Source: an uncultured Saprospiraceae bacterium
Lineage (GTDB): Bacteria; Bacteroidota; Bacteroidia; Chitinophagales; Saprospiraceae
Direction: 5' to 3'
Assembly: GCA_937950315.1 (NCBI GenBank)
Contig: CALFDU010000143.1
Location: 1 to 24,879, forward strand
DNA: 24,879 bases
The notes under the pieces were generated by a model. The model searched no databases. It saw only the letters and a program-made list of their open reading frames with translations, and was not told where the DNA came from. Numbering within the stretch: the first letter of the stretch is position 1; each line of letters begins with the position of its first letter. The position numbers were made by a program, and so were the translations under genes. Positions 10,601 through 18,374 of this stretch are shown piece after piece.

Positions 10601-10777
10601 CTCATTGGGTGCTGCTCCGAAATAAGCAATATTGATGTTGATGATTTCTGATGGAACCAATGGAAAGAAAGAGGACTTCATGTTCCCAATTCCCAAATAT
10701 CCGAAAACAAAAAATGCCAAAATCAACACATTCGTGGCAACGGGATACTTTATAAAAAAAGCAATCAATTTTCTCAT
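7619..10777 (-). CDS. RND efflux transporter permease, HAE1 (AcrB-like multidrug) type
   Basis: 1052 aa with 12 predicted TM segments and two large periplasmic loops. The TM4 motif GILVDDGIVIAENIY matches the AcrB-type DD proton-relay (GLLVDDAIVVVEN), not the CzcA-type DFGxxxDGA motif. Confidence 0.9.
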   Translation of the reverse strand: MRKLIAFFIKYPVATNVLILAFFVFGYLGIGNMKSSFFPLVPSEIININIAYFGAAPNEIEEGVVLKIEDNLKGLVGIDRITSVSSENAATVTVEILKDFDIDVILADVKNAVDRVPNFPSGMEPPQVSKVESIQQAISFTVSGREIDLRTLKKVARSIEDDVRTMPGISQVELNGFPNEEIEIAVKDQQLKAYDLTFNQVAAAVSQTNLLSTGGSIKTEQEEFLIRANNKYYDAINFENIVLRADASGNIVYLKDVASIKDRWEENPNRLFYNGSPAISFNVYATNNEDLVANADSVLEYMEKYNEESPNIKLNVSRDSSVTLKQRTELLRENGLVGIFLVLLLLSIFLKPTLAFWVAFGLPISFLGMFIFAPYIGVTINVLSLFAMIIVIGILVDDGIVIAENIYNEYEKGKSPMKAAIDGTMDVLPAIMSAIITTVLAFSTFFFLDSRVGSFFGEVAAVVVLTLSVSLIEALLILPAHLAHSNALKKDGGSFAINRFGDKILKWIREKLYAPSLRFILKNRFLGFVIPIGLFMITISAIQGGVIRFTFFPSIASDVIQVNLKMPQGTNEQITNEIIEGIENDVWASNDELKEQQTGQVDIIKNTLRRIGPGSSTASIVINLLPGEERDLSADDISNNIRERVGTIPGVERLTFGANTNFGGRPISISLTGNNIEELKGAKAELKEKLNSLAQLKDISDNDPLGIKEVKLKLKPNAYMLGFTLEGLISQVRSGFFGRQAQRFQRGRDEIRVYVRFESEGRNSISDLDNMEVLSPMGTRVPLSEIATYEIARGEVAINHLNGRREIQVSADLVDNKDSAPDILDNLRAEFIPTLLTKYPSVTPLYEGQNREASKFQVSIKKVAPVILLLIYGVIAFTFRSYIQPLLILLMVPFSMIGVGWGHEIHNFPINILSFLGIIALIGIMVNDGLVLIVKYNSFIKQGYTFEKAIYTAGLSRFRAIFLTSITTIAGLAPLIFETSFQAQFLIPMAISIAYGIGIATFLTLYLLPLMLYLSNDIKFYWSWFYNGVKPIRHELEGAYKEKENLKHFDDE

Positions 10778-11934
10778 TCGCCCAAGTTTATCGGATTCAC
10801 CTTCATTCCATCAAACGCTCCCGACACCGGTTTTTGAACCAACCAAGTTCCTTGGTCAACTCCAGAAATGAATGCCGTTTTATCTCCTATGTGAAGTACT
10901 TGTATTTCCTTTTTCTGCAATGTGCTATCAGAAACCACAAAAATGTATCGGTCATCGACCAATAAGTTTCTTTCGATTTCAGCAACATCTTTCAAATCAG
11001 TTGTTGAGATATCTGCTTGTAAGAACATCCCTTCTCTTAAATCTTTGCCTCTTACTTCTACGATAGCAATCGCAGATTGAGACTGCGGATCGATCACTTT
11101 GTTGATACGAGATATCGTTCCCGTCCATGTCTGTGTTTTTTCACTGTTGCTCAAGGCTACTGATTTCCCAACAGAAATTAATTTCAACTCTGAAGGATTG
11201 ATCTTTACTTCGAGCTCATAGGTTGACGGGCTGATGAAAGTACCTAATGTTTGTCCTGGATTGATCATGGCACCTTTATCAACTAGATTTTCTCTTAGTA
11301 TTCCACTGAATGGTGCACGTATCTGATAATAAGAGCCTTGTACCTCTTGCGCTTTTATGTTGTAGTATTGGGTTACAATTGTCTTGGCATTGATGAATGC
11401 TTTCTCTCTATCAGAATTGGTTGTTGGTAATTCTTTCAATGTCTGATTTACATCAAATGTTTGAACATAGTTGTTCCACTTATCAAATGCTTCTGGATAA
11501 TCAAATTTTAAGTCCCCAAGAATCGCAGTGATACTTTGCATAAGTTGCGCTCTGGAAGCACGCAAGTTGGCTAGAAATTCTGCGTTGTCGATCGATACCA
11601 ATACATCTCCTTCATTAAAATAGACACCGGATCTGAAGGCACGGTCTCCACTTAAGAAAACACCTTGGGTTCTGCTCACAATATCAATCTTATTCTTAGC
11701 GGTCAATGTTCCATTTGAACTGATGGCAACAGAGGAGGTTTTTAGTTCTGCTGGAGCATAAATCACATTGGTGACTCGTGTCTTGTTTTTTGACTTTGGT
11801 GCCTCTTTGCTGGAGCTCAATTTACCAGAGAACTTTAATGCCCCAAATAAGATAAGTACACCAAGTATAAATGTGATGATGCGTTGTCTTAACCGAGGAG
11901 GATATTGCCTACTTTGTGGATGATTTTCAGACAT
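10774..11934 (-). CDS. RND efflux periplasmic adaptor (membrane fusion protein, HlyD family)
   Basis: 386 aa with a single N-terminal TM/signal anchor (ITFILGVLILFGAL), followed by lipoyl/beta-barrel-type MFP architecture. Its stop overlaps the RND start (ATGA, 4-bp overlap), consistent with translational coupling. Confidence 0.85.
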   Translation of the reverse strand: MSENHPQSRQYPPRLRQRIITFILGVLILFGALKFSGKLSSSKEAPKSKNKTRVTNVIYAPAELKTSSVAISSNGTLTAKNKIDIVSRTQGVFLSGDRAFRSGVYFNEGDVLVSIDNAEFLANLRASRAQLMQSITAILGDLKFDYPEAFDKWNNYVQTFDVNQTLKELPTTNSDREKAFINAKTIVTQYYNIKAQEVQGSYYQIRAPFSGILRENLVDKGAMINPGQTLGTFISPSTYELEVKINPSELKLISVGKSVALSNSEKTQTWTGTISRINKVIDPQSQSAIAIVEVRGKDLREGMFLQADISTTDLKDVAEIERNLLVDDRYIFVVSDSTLQKKEIQVLHIGDKTAFISGVDQGTWLVQKPVSGAFDGMKVNPINLGE

Positions 11935-12216
11935 TTCTAAATTATATTAATGAATTACAAGTGTGTAATGAAGCTAAGTAAACAACCATTTAATCTAAAA
12001 GTTTCTTGTCTATTCGCGTCATTGGGTCAAAAGAATATATTATAAATTCCTTTAATCTGTAAAGTTAAACTAAGTCCAGTTTAAATGAAGCATTTTGTAG
12101 TTTATTGTTGCTCCGGATAAACATTTGCCGAAAGGCTAGAAAAACATTGCTGGACCAACCAACTAGGATATGAATGCTTTATGATCTGAAATGTTTAAAT
12201 AAAGTGAAATACTCAA

Positions 12217-12975
12217 TTAGTTAGGAGTTATTTCGATCTTTTTCTGCCTACTTAAATCACGGCGCGGATTGTAGGTGACGCCCAAGAAAATACCATGGCT
12301 GTTGGAGGAAGGATTCCGCACTCTGCCTTTGACATCGGCATTGGAAAAATGAAGGTGTCGGACACCTAGTAAAAGTGCCAAACTTGGGTTCACATTATAC
12401 TCTGCTGCCATTCCATATTTTACAACTCCATTCCAGTTGGTACCATTTCTATTTAGCATATCATTGGCAGCAGGAAACAACTCTGTGAAATACACAACGC
12501 CTACGCCGGATTCAAACCACAATCTAAACTTGTCAGTATCCCTAAAATAAAATCGATTGAATATGCGCAACATGGACCAGCCAGTAGAGCGATTAAATTC
12601 GTCGCGGGGATGATACACCCCGACATCCGCACCATAACTCAACCATTTTAAGACTTTAAAATTGATGCCTAGATTGGTTTCAGGAATGGTTGTAAAAGGA
12701 TATTCATATGACCACATTGTTCCACTCTCAAGGTAAAATGACAAACGCTTATCGGTCAGTTCTTTGTTCTTTTTATTGATAAAGTAAGCTCCCCCCGTTA
12801 AAATACTCACGTACATGGCTCCACGACCAAAGTGCAAATTTAAAGGAGTAAAACCGAGTGGGTTATTGATTCGAGCATCTGGGTTTTTACTGAGTTGCGC
12901 AATGCTACTTGTCGGTGATGTAAAAAAACACACCACAAAAACCAAAGAAACAAGAAAACTACTTTTACGATTCAT
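12217..12975 (-). CDS. outer-membrane beta-barrel protein, possibly PagL-like acyloxyacyl hydrolase (lipid A deacylase family)
   Basis: 252 aa with an N-terminal signal peptide (FLVSLVFVVCFFTSPTSSIAQ). Alternating amphipathic beta-strand-like segments rich in Y/G/N. The HLHFSNAD element fits the H-x-S-N catalytic motif recalled for PagL-family deacylases. The family assignment is tentative. Confidence 0.4.
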   Translation of the reverse strand: MNRKSSFLVSLVFVVCFFTSPTSSIAQLSKNPDARINNPLGFTPLNLHFGRGAMYVSILTGGAYFINKKNKELTDKRLSFYLESGTMWSYEYPFTTIPETNLGINFKVLKWLSYGADVGVYHPRDEFNRSTGWSMLRIFNRFYFRDTDKFRLWFESGVGVVYFTELFPAANDMLNRNGTNWNGVVKYGMAAEYNVNPSLALLLGVRHLHFSNADVKGRVRNPSSNSHGIFLGVTYNPRRDLSRQKKIEITPN

Positions 12976-13089
12976 TCCACAAAGTTATAAGTGGATTCTT
13001 AGTTGTCAAAGAATTTAAAATTTATTATCAATATTGGGGGTCATAAGTCCAAGGACATCAATATAATCTTAAAATAAATTTACTACTCG

Positions 13090-13314
13090 TTAGTCTTCGA
13101 CTATTTCGTAATCAATATCCAATTTTCTCAATGCTCTAAAGGCAGAGCTGGTATTTTTATCTTCTACTTCTATGTCAACCATATCTCCTTCAAGAAGAAT
13201 GTCTGTCAATTCGCTTGCTAGGCCATCATCAAGATCAGAAATATTGGCAAGACAACTAGCAATGGCTCTTTTGTCAGGGCGTTGAGCATCGCATGATAAT
13301 AAATTCAATTTCAT
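13090..13314 (-). CDS. small acidic hypothetical protein (74 aa)
   Basis: ORF only. Highly acidic C-terminal half (DLDDGLASELTDILLEGDMVDIEVED...DYEIVED). It sits 56 bp downstream of the preceding co-directional gene. No recognisable family. Confidence 0.4.
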   Translation of the reverse strand: MKLNLLSCDAQRPDKRAIASCLANISDLDDGLASELTDILLEGDMVDIEVEDKNTSSAFRALRKLDIDYEIVED

Positions 13315-13370
13315 ATGCCAAAGGTAAGGAAAGTTATGGAAGTCTTGTTCAATAATAATTGTCCTATTAA

Positions 13371-14129
13371 TTACTGTCGAGAAGCCAAGAATGATGCAAA
13401 CTCAAAACCCTTTGCATTTTTTATTCCGTATTGTTTGTAGGCCAAACTTTCAGATGCCCCATCGCCATAAAAGAAATTGAAAATCAAATCATATTCTTCT
13501 GACGATTTATGCGACTCGTAAAACAACAACATTTCATCCAATGGCGATTCATCCAATACCTTCCCTTTCGGATTAGAATTAGTAGCAACATGGCTTTCTT
13601 GTACTACGTGATCTTCTAATGTTTTTGGTTTACCGTGTTCCAACCAATACATGGTACGGTGCAAATATTCATTGGTTCTCGTGATGATCAATTCCTTTGA
13701 GAAATTTTCACTCGTATAAAAATATGGTGTACAGAAATTACGAGTAACGAAGGCATTCAGTTTGAACTTGCTATCAAAATCCGTAGTGTAAAAATTGGTC
13801 CATGCACCGAGGAGGTCATCAGCCAGATTGAGTACTACTGTAAATATATCTTTGGATGAATAGGTAAGTTGATTGTTGAATAATTCAATGGTATTTGCAA
13901 TCAGTTGTTCAGCCTCAAGGTTTTCCAATTCGACAATTTTCTTTATCACGTGTTCTTTGGCCATTGGGTTAAACCCAGCAATCGGTAAGGCAAGGTCATT
14001 TTTAGATTCACCCTGTAATTTGGCAAGGTAATCTTTGAAGCGATCTCCAGAAAAGGGTTGATGGTAGAGCTCTTTGATTTCGGATAGTATAGGTTTTAGG
14101 ACAAACTTCATTTCTATCTGATTGATCAA
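13371..14129 (-). CDS. hypothetical protein (252 aa), no recognisable domain
   Basis: Intact ORF with ordinary composition and no signal peptide. Its start is 8 bp downstream of the DUF3817 gene stop, so the two are likely co-transcribed. Confidence 0.5.
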   Translation of the reverse strand: MINQIEMKFVLKPILSEIKELYHQPFSGDRFKDYLAKLQGESKNDLALPIAGFNPMAKEHVIKKIVELENLEAEQLIANTIELFNNQLTYSSKDIFTVVLNLADDLLGAWTNFYTTDFDSKFKLNAFVTRNFCTPYFYTSENFSKELIITRTNEYLHRTMYWLEHGKPKTLEDHVVQESHVATNSNPKGKVLDESPLDEMLLFYESHKSSEEYDLIFNFFYGDGASESLAYKQYGIKNAKGFEFASFLASRQ

Positions 14130-14137
14130 AAATTGAA

Positions 14138-14440
14138 TTAGCTAAAATACTTCTTGTTGATATAAAAGGTACCAAAAGGTATCAGCGAGGCGATCAATAT
14201 GGCAAAAGACGTTTTACCATTGAATTTTAATTTATAAATAACTATCAAAGCCATGATGATGTAGGCTAAGAATAAAATTCCATGAGGCATACCTACTGAC
14301 TTAACCACAACATCGTTACCCGCCATGTACTTCATCGGCATCCCAACAAACATCAGTAAAATATAGGATACCCCTTCTAAAAAACTAACACCTTTGAAAA
14401 GTTTGATTGTATTGTCGTTGTTGTCCGTATTAGAATTCAT
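14138..14440 (-). CDS. DUF3817-family small membrane protein
   Basis: 100 aa. LFKGVSFLEGVSYILLMFVGMPMKY matches the DUF3817 signature recalled for this family (FRxxSxxEGxSxLxL...MPLKY). Three TM helices are predicted. Confidence 0.6.
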   Translation of the reverse strand: MNSNTDNNDNTIKLFKGVSFLEGVSYILLMFVGMPMKYMAGNDVVVKSVGMPHGILFLAYIIMALIVIYKLKFNGKTSFAILIASLIPFGTFYINKKYFS

Positions 14441-14529
14441 TCTGCTTCTTCATTTAGAAAACGAAGCTAAGAAATTAATAGACAATAATCGTCTTGCTTT
14501 GTTACTAAGCTAAGAATTTGTAGTTCGAT

Positions 14530-14907
14530 TTATTCCTTTGGTTTTCTCAATATCTTCTCCATCATCCTTCCTCTCCCCAATTCGTCAATCAACTTGTCTA
14601 AGTAGCGGCATTGCCGTGTTAAGGTATTATCAATTTCTTCGATTCTATAACCACAGATTACCCCTTTTATCAAATCTGCATTGGGATTTATCTTGGCTTT
14701 CGCAAAAAAGGTTTCAAAGGTTACTTCATCCTTGATCATTTTCTTGATTTTGGCATCGGTATAACCTGTAAGCCATTTTATCACTTGATGCAATTCTTCA
14801 ACCGTTCTACCCTTTTTCTCAACTTTACTTACGTAATGCGGATAGACAGAAGAGAATTTCATAGTACGAACCCGTTCGTTGTGTTCAGGAGTGACTTTTG
14901 TTGCCAT
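14530..14907 (-). CDS. DUF2200-family protein
   Basis: 125 aa. The N-terminal segment FSSVYPHYVSKVEKKGRTVEELHQVIKWLTGY matches the conserved start of DUF2200 proteins (FASVYPHYVxKAEKKGRT...WLTGY). It starts 5 bp after the deformylase stop. Confidence 0.6.
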   Translation of the reverse strand: MATKVTPEHNERVRTMKFSSVYPHYVSKVEKKGRTVEELHQVIKWLTGYTDAKIKKMIKDEVTFETFFAKAKINPNADLIKGVICGYRIEEIDNTLTRQCRYLDKLIDELGRGRMMEKILRKPKE

Positions 14908-14912
14908 CGTTT

Positions 14913-15557
14913 TTATTTTTTAGCTGATTCGATTTCTTCTTTCAGATGATCAAGGTATAAAATTCCATTTAAATGATCAATCTCATGTTGAAAAATAACA
15001 GCTGTAAAATCTTCGATCATTTCAACATGGTGGGTGTTGTCCAATTTATCGTACTCCAACAAAATGGCGTATGATCTGGTCTTGGTCGTATCTGATCTTT
15101 CTGGAATGGACAAGCAACCTTCCACACAATCTTGGGTCAGCTTAGAATATGATTTTATCACTGGATTAATATAGACTTCAAATGGATATGCTTCCTTGTC
15201 AAACCTTTGGACCCAGATGATGTTCTTTAATATTCCCACTTGCGGTGCAGCAATTCCCACACCCAAAGACATAGAATCACGTACCGTACTATAAAGTCTT
15301 TCTACAAATTTCTTAAGCACTTTGTCATCAGGGTCAATAATTACATCCTGGCATTTTTGCCTCAACAATATCGAGTCTGAAGTATTGGTTATTTTAAAAA
15401 CGCGCATTGGATCTGACCCATCTCCATTGTTTATCATGGCAGCCTGACCCTTGGTGAAATTTTCAGGAAGGGTTTTTTCTACAGTTTTGTTTCTAGTACA
15501 AGAGCTCCATAGAGAAGCTGCAAATATCAACAACAACAAATATTTTTTATTCAGCAT
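14913..15557 (-). CDS. def: peptide deformylase with N-terminal lipoprotein-type signal peptide extension
   Basis: All three PDF motifs are present: GVGIAAPQVG (motif I, GxGxAAxQ), EGCLSIP (motif II, EGCLS) and QHEIDHLNG (motif III, HExxH). The canonical PDF body begins at M51 (MRVFKITNTSDSILLRQ). Residues 1-50 encode MLNKKYLLLLIFAASLWSSC, which has a basic n-region, a hydrophobic core and a Cys20 lipobox-like site. Confidence 0.85.
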   Translation of the reverse strand: MLNKKYLLLLIFAASLWSSCTRNKTVEKTLPENFTKGQAAMINNGDGSDPMRVFKITNTSDSILLRQKCQDVIIDPDDKVLKKFVERLYSTVRDSMSLGVGIAAPQVGILKNIIWVQRFDKEAYPFEVYINPVIKSYSKLTQDCVEGCLSIPERSDTTKTRSYAILLEYDKLDNTHHVEMIEDFTAVIFQHEIDHLNGILYLDHLKEEIESAKK

Positions 15558-15609
15558 GCCTTATGTTTTATTTGGTGCTGCTCAAGGTATTAAATCTTGG
15601 TTAATTCGC

Positions 15610-16044
15610 TTAATATTGGCTATTCTTGTTTTCACACAATTCTTTGAAACGCGCATTCATTTCTTCAAATCCTGGCTTGGTCTCAGCATCTAGTTTTTTT
15701 GAAAACAGGCCCACCAAAATGCCCGAGAATTTCTCTTCGTGCTTGAAGGTAACTGTTCCGTCTCCGTTGTCGACAAATTGAAAAATATGTTCTCCATCAA
15801 AAATGCCTTTCATTAATAGTTTCCCAATCCACCTGAGCTCTTGGTTGGAGTCAAACCTCAATACTTTAGGTTTGAAACCCATTCCACCAGCATTGATTTT
15901 GATGGTCTCACCTACTGCTATATTTCCTTTTATGGATTTAATGAATGGATTCCATTGAGGATAATTCTTAAAGTCGGTAAAGATTTTCCACACTTTATCA
16001 ATAGGTGCAGAAATAGTGATTTGGGTTTTGATATGCTTTTTCAT
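15610..16044 (-). CDS. SRPBCC (Bet v1-like / polyketide cyclase-dehydrase) family protein
   Basis: 144 aa. The N-terminal segment TQITISAPIDKVWKIFTDFKNYPQWNP is typical of SRPBCC/START-like proteins. Confidence 0.7.
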   Translation of the reverse strand: MKKHIKTQITISAPIDKVWKIFTDFKNYPQWNPFIKSIKGNIAVGETIKINAGGMGFKPKVLRFDSNQELRWIGKLLMKGIFDGEHIFQFVDNGDGTVTFKHEEKFSGILVGLFSKKLDAETKPGFEEMNARFKELCENKNSQY

Positions 16045-16117
16045 GATTGTTGTTTAAAATTGATGAATTTGATAAAACAAAGATCATCCTACTTTACACA
16101 ACAGTTCTTGACATAAA

Positions 16118-16693
16118 TCAAGAAATCATTTTTCTCCTTACTCTGCTCAAAGTCTCAGGCGTCATTCCCAACATCGATGCGATGTACTGGAGAGGCACTT
16201 GGTTAAATATTTCAGCATTTGACTCAAGCAAAGCCTTTACTTTCTCTTCTGAACTCATAGACAATTGTCCAAAAACCCTTTCTTCCAAAGTGATAAAACA
16301 TTTGGCAATAAAGAGTTTGTCTAGTTCGGCCCAGTTAGGAACATGATCCCCAATTTTCTCGTAATTCTCTTTTGAAATGGTGTACAATTCACAATCCGAT
16401 AAAGCTTGGATATTCCATCTTGCAGGTGTGCTAAAAACAAAACTAGAAAGGTCGGTGATAAACATCCCATGATTGGATATCCACTGAGTTACTTCTTTAT
16501 CACCGTTGGCATCCATCGAAAAAACGCGCATGTAACCAGACTTAATAAAGCTCATATGTTGAGCATAATGTCCTTGCTTAATGAGGTATTCGTTTTTCTT
16601 CAATGAAATACTCTTAAAAAGATTGGCTACAGGAGACAGATCTTTACCTCCTACCCCAAAATACCCTTCTATGTATTTTTCAATTTCTTTCAC
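16118..16693 (-). CDS. Crp/Fnr family transcriptional regulator
   Basis: 191 aa. It has an N-terminal cNMP-binding-like beta-roll region and a C-terminal HTH (LQYIASMLGMTPETLSRVRRKM). Confidence 0.8.
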   Translation of the reverse strand: MKEIEKYIEGYFGVGGKDLSPVANLFKSISLKKNEYLIKQGHYAQHMSFIKSGYMRVFSMDANGDKEVTQWISNHGMFITDLSSFVFSTPARWNIQALSDCELYTISKENYEKIGDHVPNWAELDKLFIAKCFITLEERVFGQLSMSSEEKVKALLESNAEIFNQVPLQYIASMLGMTPETLSRVRRKMIS

Positions 16694-16702
16694 TCTAAGA
16701 AA

Positions 16703-18106
16703 TTAATTGGCTTCATCATATTTAATGACACCCATGATGGTCTGCTGATTGATTCTTGTAGCCACAGGGTATGCATACAACTTATCATAAATGGCATCGA
16801 TAGGAAGTTCTGCTTCCATGGCCAAGGTAAGTTCTTGCATCAGTTCGCCAGCATTGGGAGCAATGATGGTACCGCCGATGATCTTTCTTTTTTTATTCCA
16901 AAAAGTTTTTGGCGTGAGGTACAAGGTGATTTTACCATAGGTGTATTCATCAACAATGGCTCTATCGTCTTTTGAAAAATCTTGGTCTTGGCGCCAATGC
17001 TCAATGTTGTTTTTCTTTAGATAGTCTTCCGTCAATCCAAAGGTGGCGATTTCTGGTTGTGTGAAAGTCACCCAAGAAAGATGATCTGCATTGTGGCTTT
17101 TGGTAAAGTTGTTTTTAAAATTATGCTTCAGCAACTTGGTGTGTAATTCTGCTCCGTGCGAAAACTGATACATACCTGCCGCATCACCAGATGCAAAGAC
17201 ACGCTTATTAGAAGTACGGAGACAATCGTCTAAGATCAACTTTCCTCTTTCACCTGTTTTGATATTTGCTTTTTCAAGTTGTAGTTTTTCAAGATTTAGG
17301 ACACGACCGATTGCCATTAGTACAACGTCAAATGTCAGTTCCTGTTCGCCTTGATCCTTCACATCAATGATGGCCGTATTGGCACTGTTGAACTCCATCA
17401 GTTTTGCATTGTTGATGATCGTCACACCTTCTTTTCTTAGTTGATCGGCTAAGATGTGGCTATACTCTTCTTTTTCTTTGCTCAACACTCGATCAGCCAT
17501 ATCAATAACCGTCACCTCAGAACCAAAACGCTGAAAAGTTTGTGCCATCTCACATCCGATAGGACCACCTCCTACCACCAACATACGTTCAGGCAATGCG
17601 GTCATTTCGTAGAATAGATTTTCATTGGTAAATACTTTCACTTGATCGATTCCCTTAAATGGAATGTGACGTGGTCTTGAACCAGTAGCAATAATAATAT
17701 GTGGTGCAGTAAAAAACTCATCGCCTACTTGAACCGTTTCTTCATCATAGAATGAAGCTACTCCAATCTTAAGATCAACGCCTTGGGAGCGGATGTAATC
17801 CGCACTTTCATGATGTCTGATAACTGCCTGCTTACTATGCACATAATCTAAAATCTGTTGCATATCTGCTTTCCCCTCCACCTTCAATCCAAATTGCTCT
17901 GCTTTTCGTGCTCCGTGGAATTGCTTGGCAAGGTGAATCAATGCTTTACTCGGCACACAACCAAAATTCAGGCAATCACCACCTATGTTTTTTTCTTCAC
18001 TATCTATCATCAATGGGTTCCACCCTAATTCCTGTGCCATTCCTAATGCCCCTAATCCTGCAGATCCTCCTCCGATGATGATGATTTCGTATTGCTTGCT
18101 ATTCAT
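16703..18106 (-). CDS. class I pyridine nucleotide-disulfide oxidoreductase (dihydrolipoyl dehydrogenase / glutathione-reductase family flavoprotein)
   Basis: 467 aa. FAD-binding GxGxxG (IIIIGGGSAGLG). Redox-active disulfide GGDCLNFGCVPSK (canonical GGTCLNVGCIPSK). Second NAD(P)-binding Rossmann (VVGGGPIGCEMA). C-terminal dimerisation domain. Confidence 0.85.
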   Translation of the reverse strand: MNSKQYEIIIIGGGSAGLGALGMAQELGWNPLMIDSEEKNIGGDCLNFGCVPSKALIHLAKQFHGARKAEQFGLKVEGKADMQQILDYVHSKQAVIRHHESADYIRSQGVDLKIGVASFYDEETVQVGDEFFTAPHIIIATGSRPRHIPFKGIDQVKVFTNENLFYEMTALPERMLVVGGGPIGCEMAQTFQRFGSEVTVIDMADRVLSKEKEEYSHILADQLRKEGVTIINNAKLMEFNSANTAIIDVKDQGEQELTFDVVLMAIGRVLNLEKLQLEKANIKTGERGKLILDDCLRTSNKRVFASGDAAGMYQFSHGAELHTKLLKHNFKNNFTKSHNADHLSWVTFTQPEIATFGLTEDYLKKNNIEHWRQDQDFSKDDRAIVDEYTYGKITLYLTPKTFWNKKRKIIGGTIIAPNAGELMQELTLAMEAELPIDAIYDKLYAYPVATRINQQTIMGVIKYDEAN

Positions 18107-18374
18107 GTCTTTGATTTAGTCCACTAAAATAACATAGATTATCGGAAGAGGTTTCTTTAATTGGGTGGTATTATAAGTTAGAAGGATTTTGAACCCAAAC
18201 GTAAAAAGAAAGTATTGTCAAATATTAGTCGCTAGTTCTATACTTCTGTAAATAATTATAAAGGCCTTGCTACAAAATAGATACTGCAGCTTACACAGTA
18301 TTTTATTATTGGAGAAACCAGAATTTGAAAATTATCAACAATTTCATTATCTTTTTTCGTTTCCAACTTCATCA

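Noticed and set aside
14441-14529. Direct repeat AAGCTAAGAAATT / AAGCTAAGAATT in the DUF2200–DUF3817 intergenic region
   Set aside because: Only two short, imperfect copies are present. There is no hairpin potential or flanking context that would suggest a mobile-element end or an operator.
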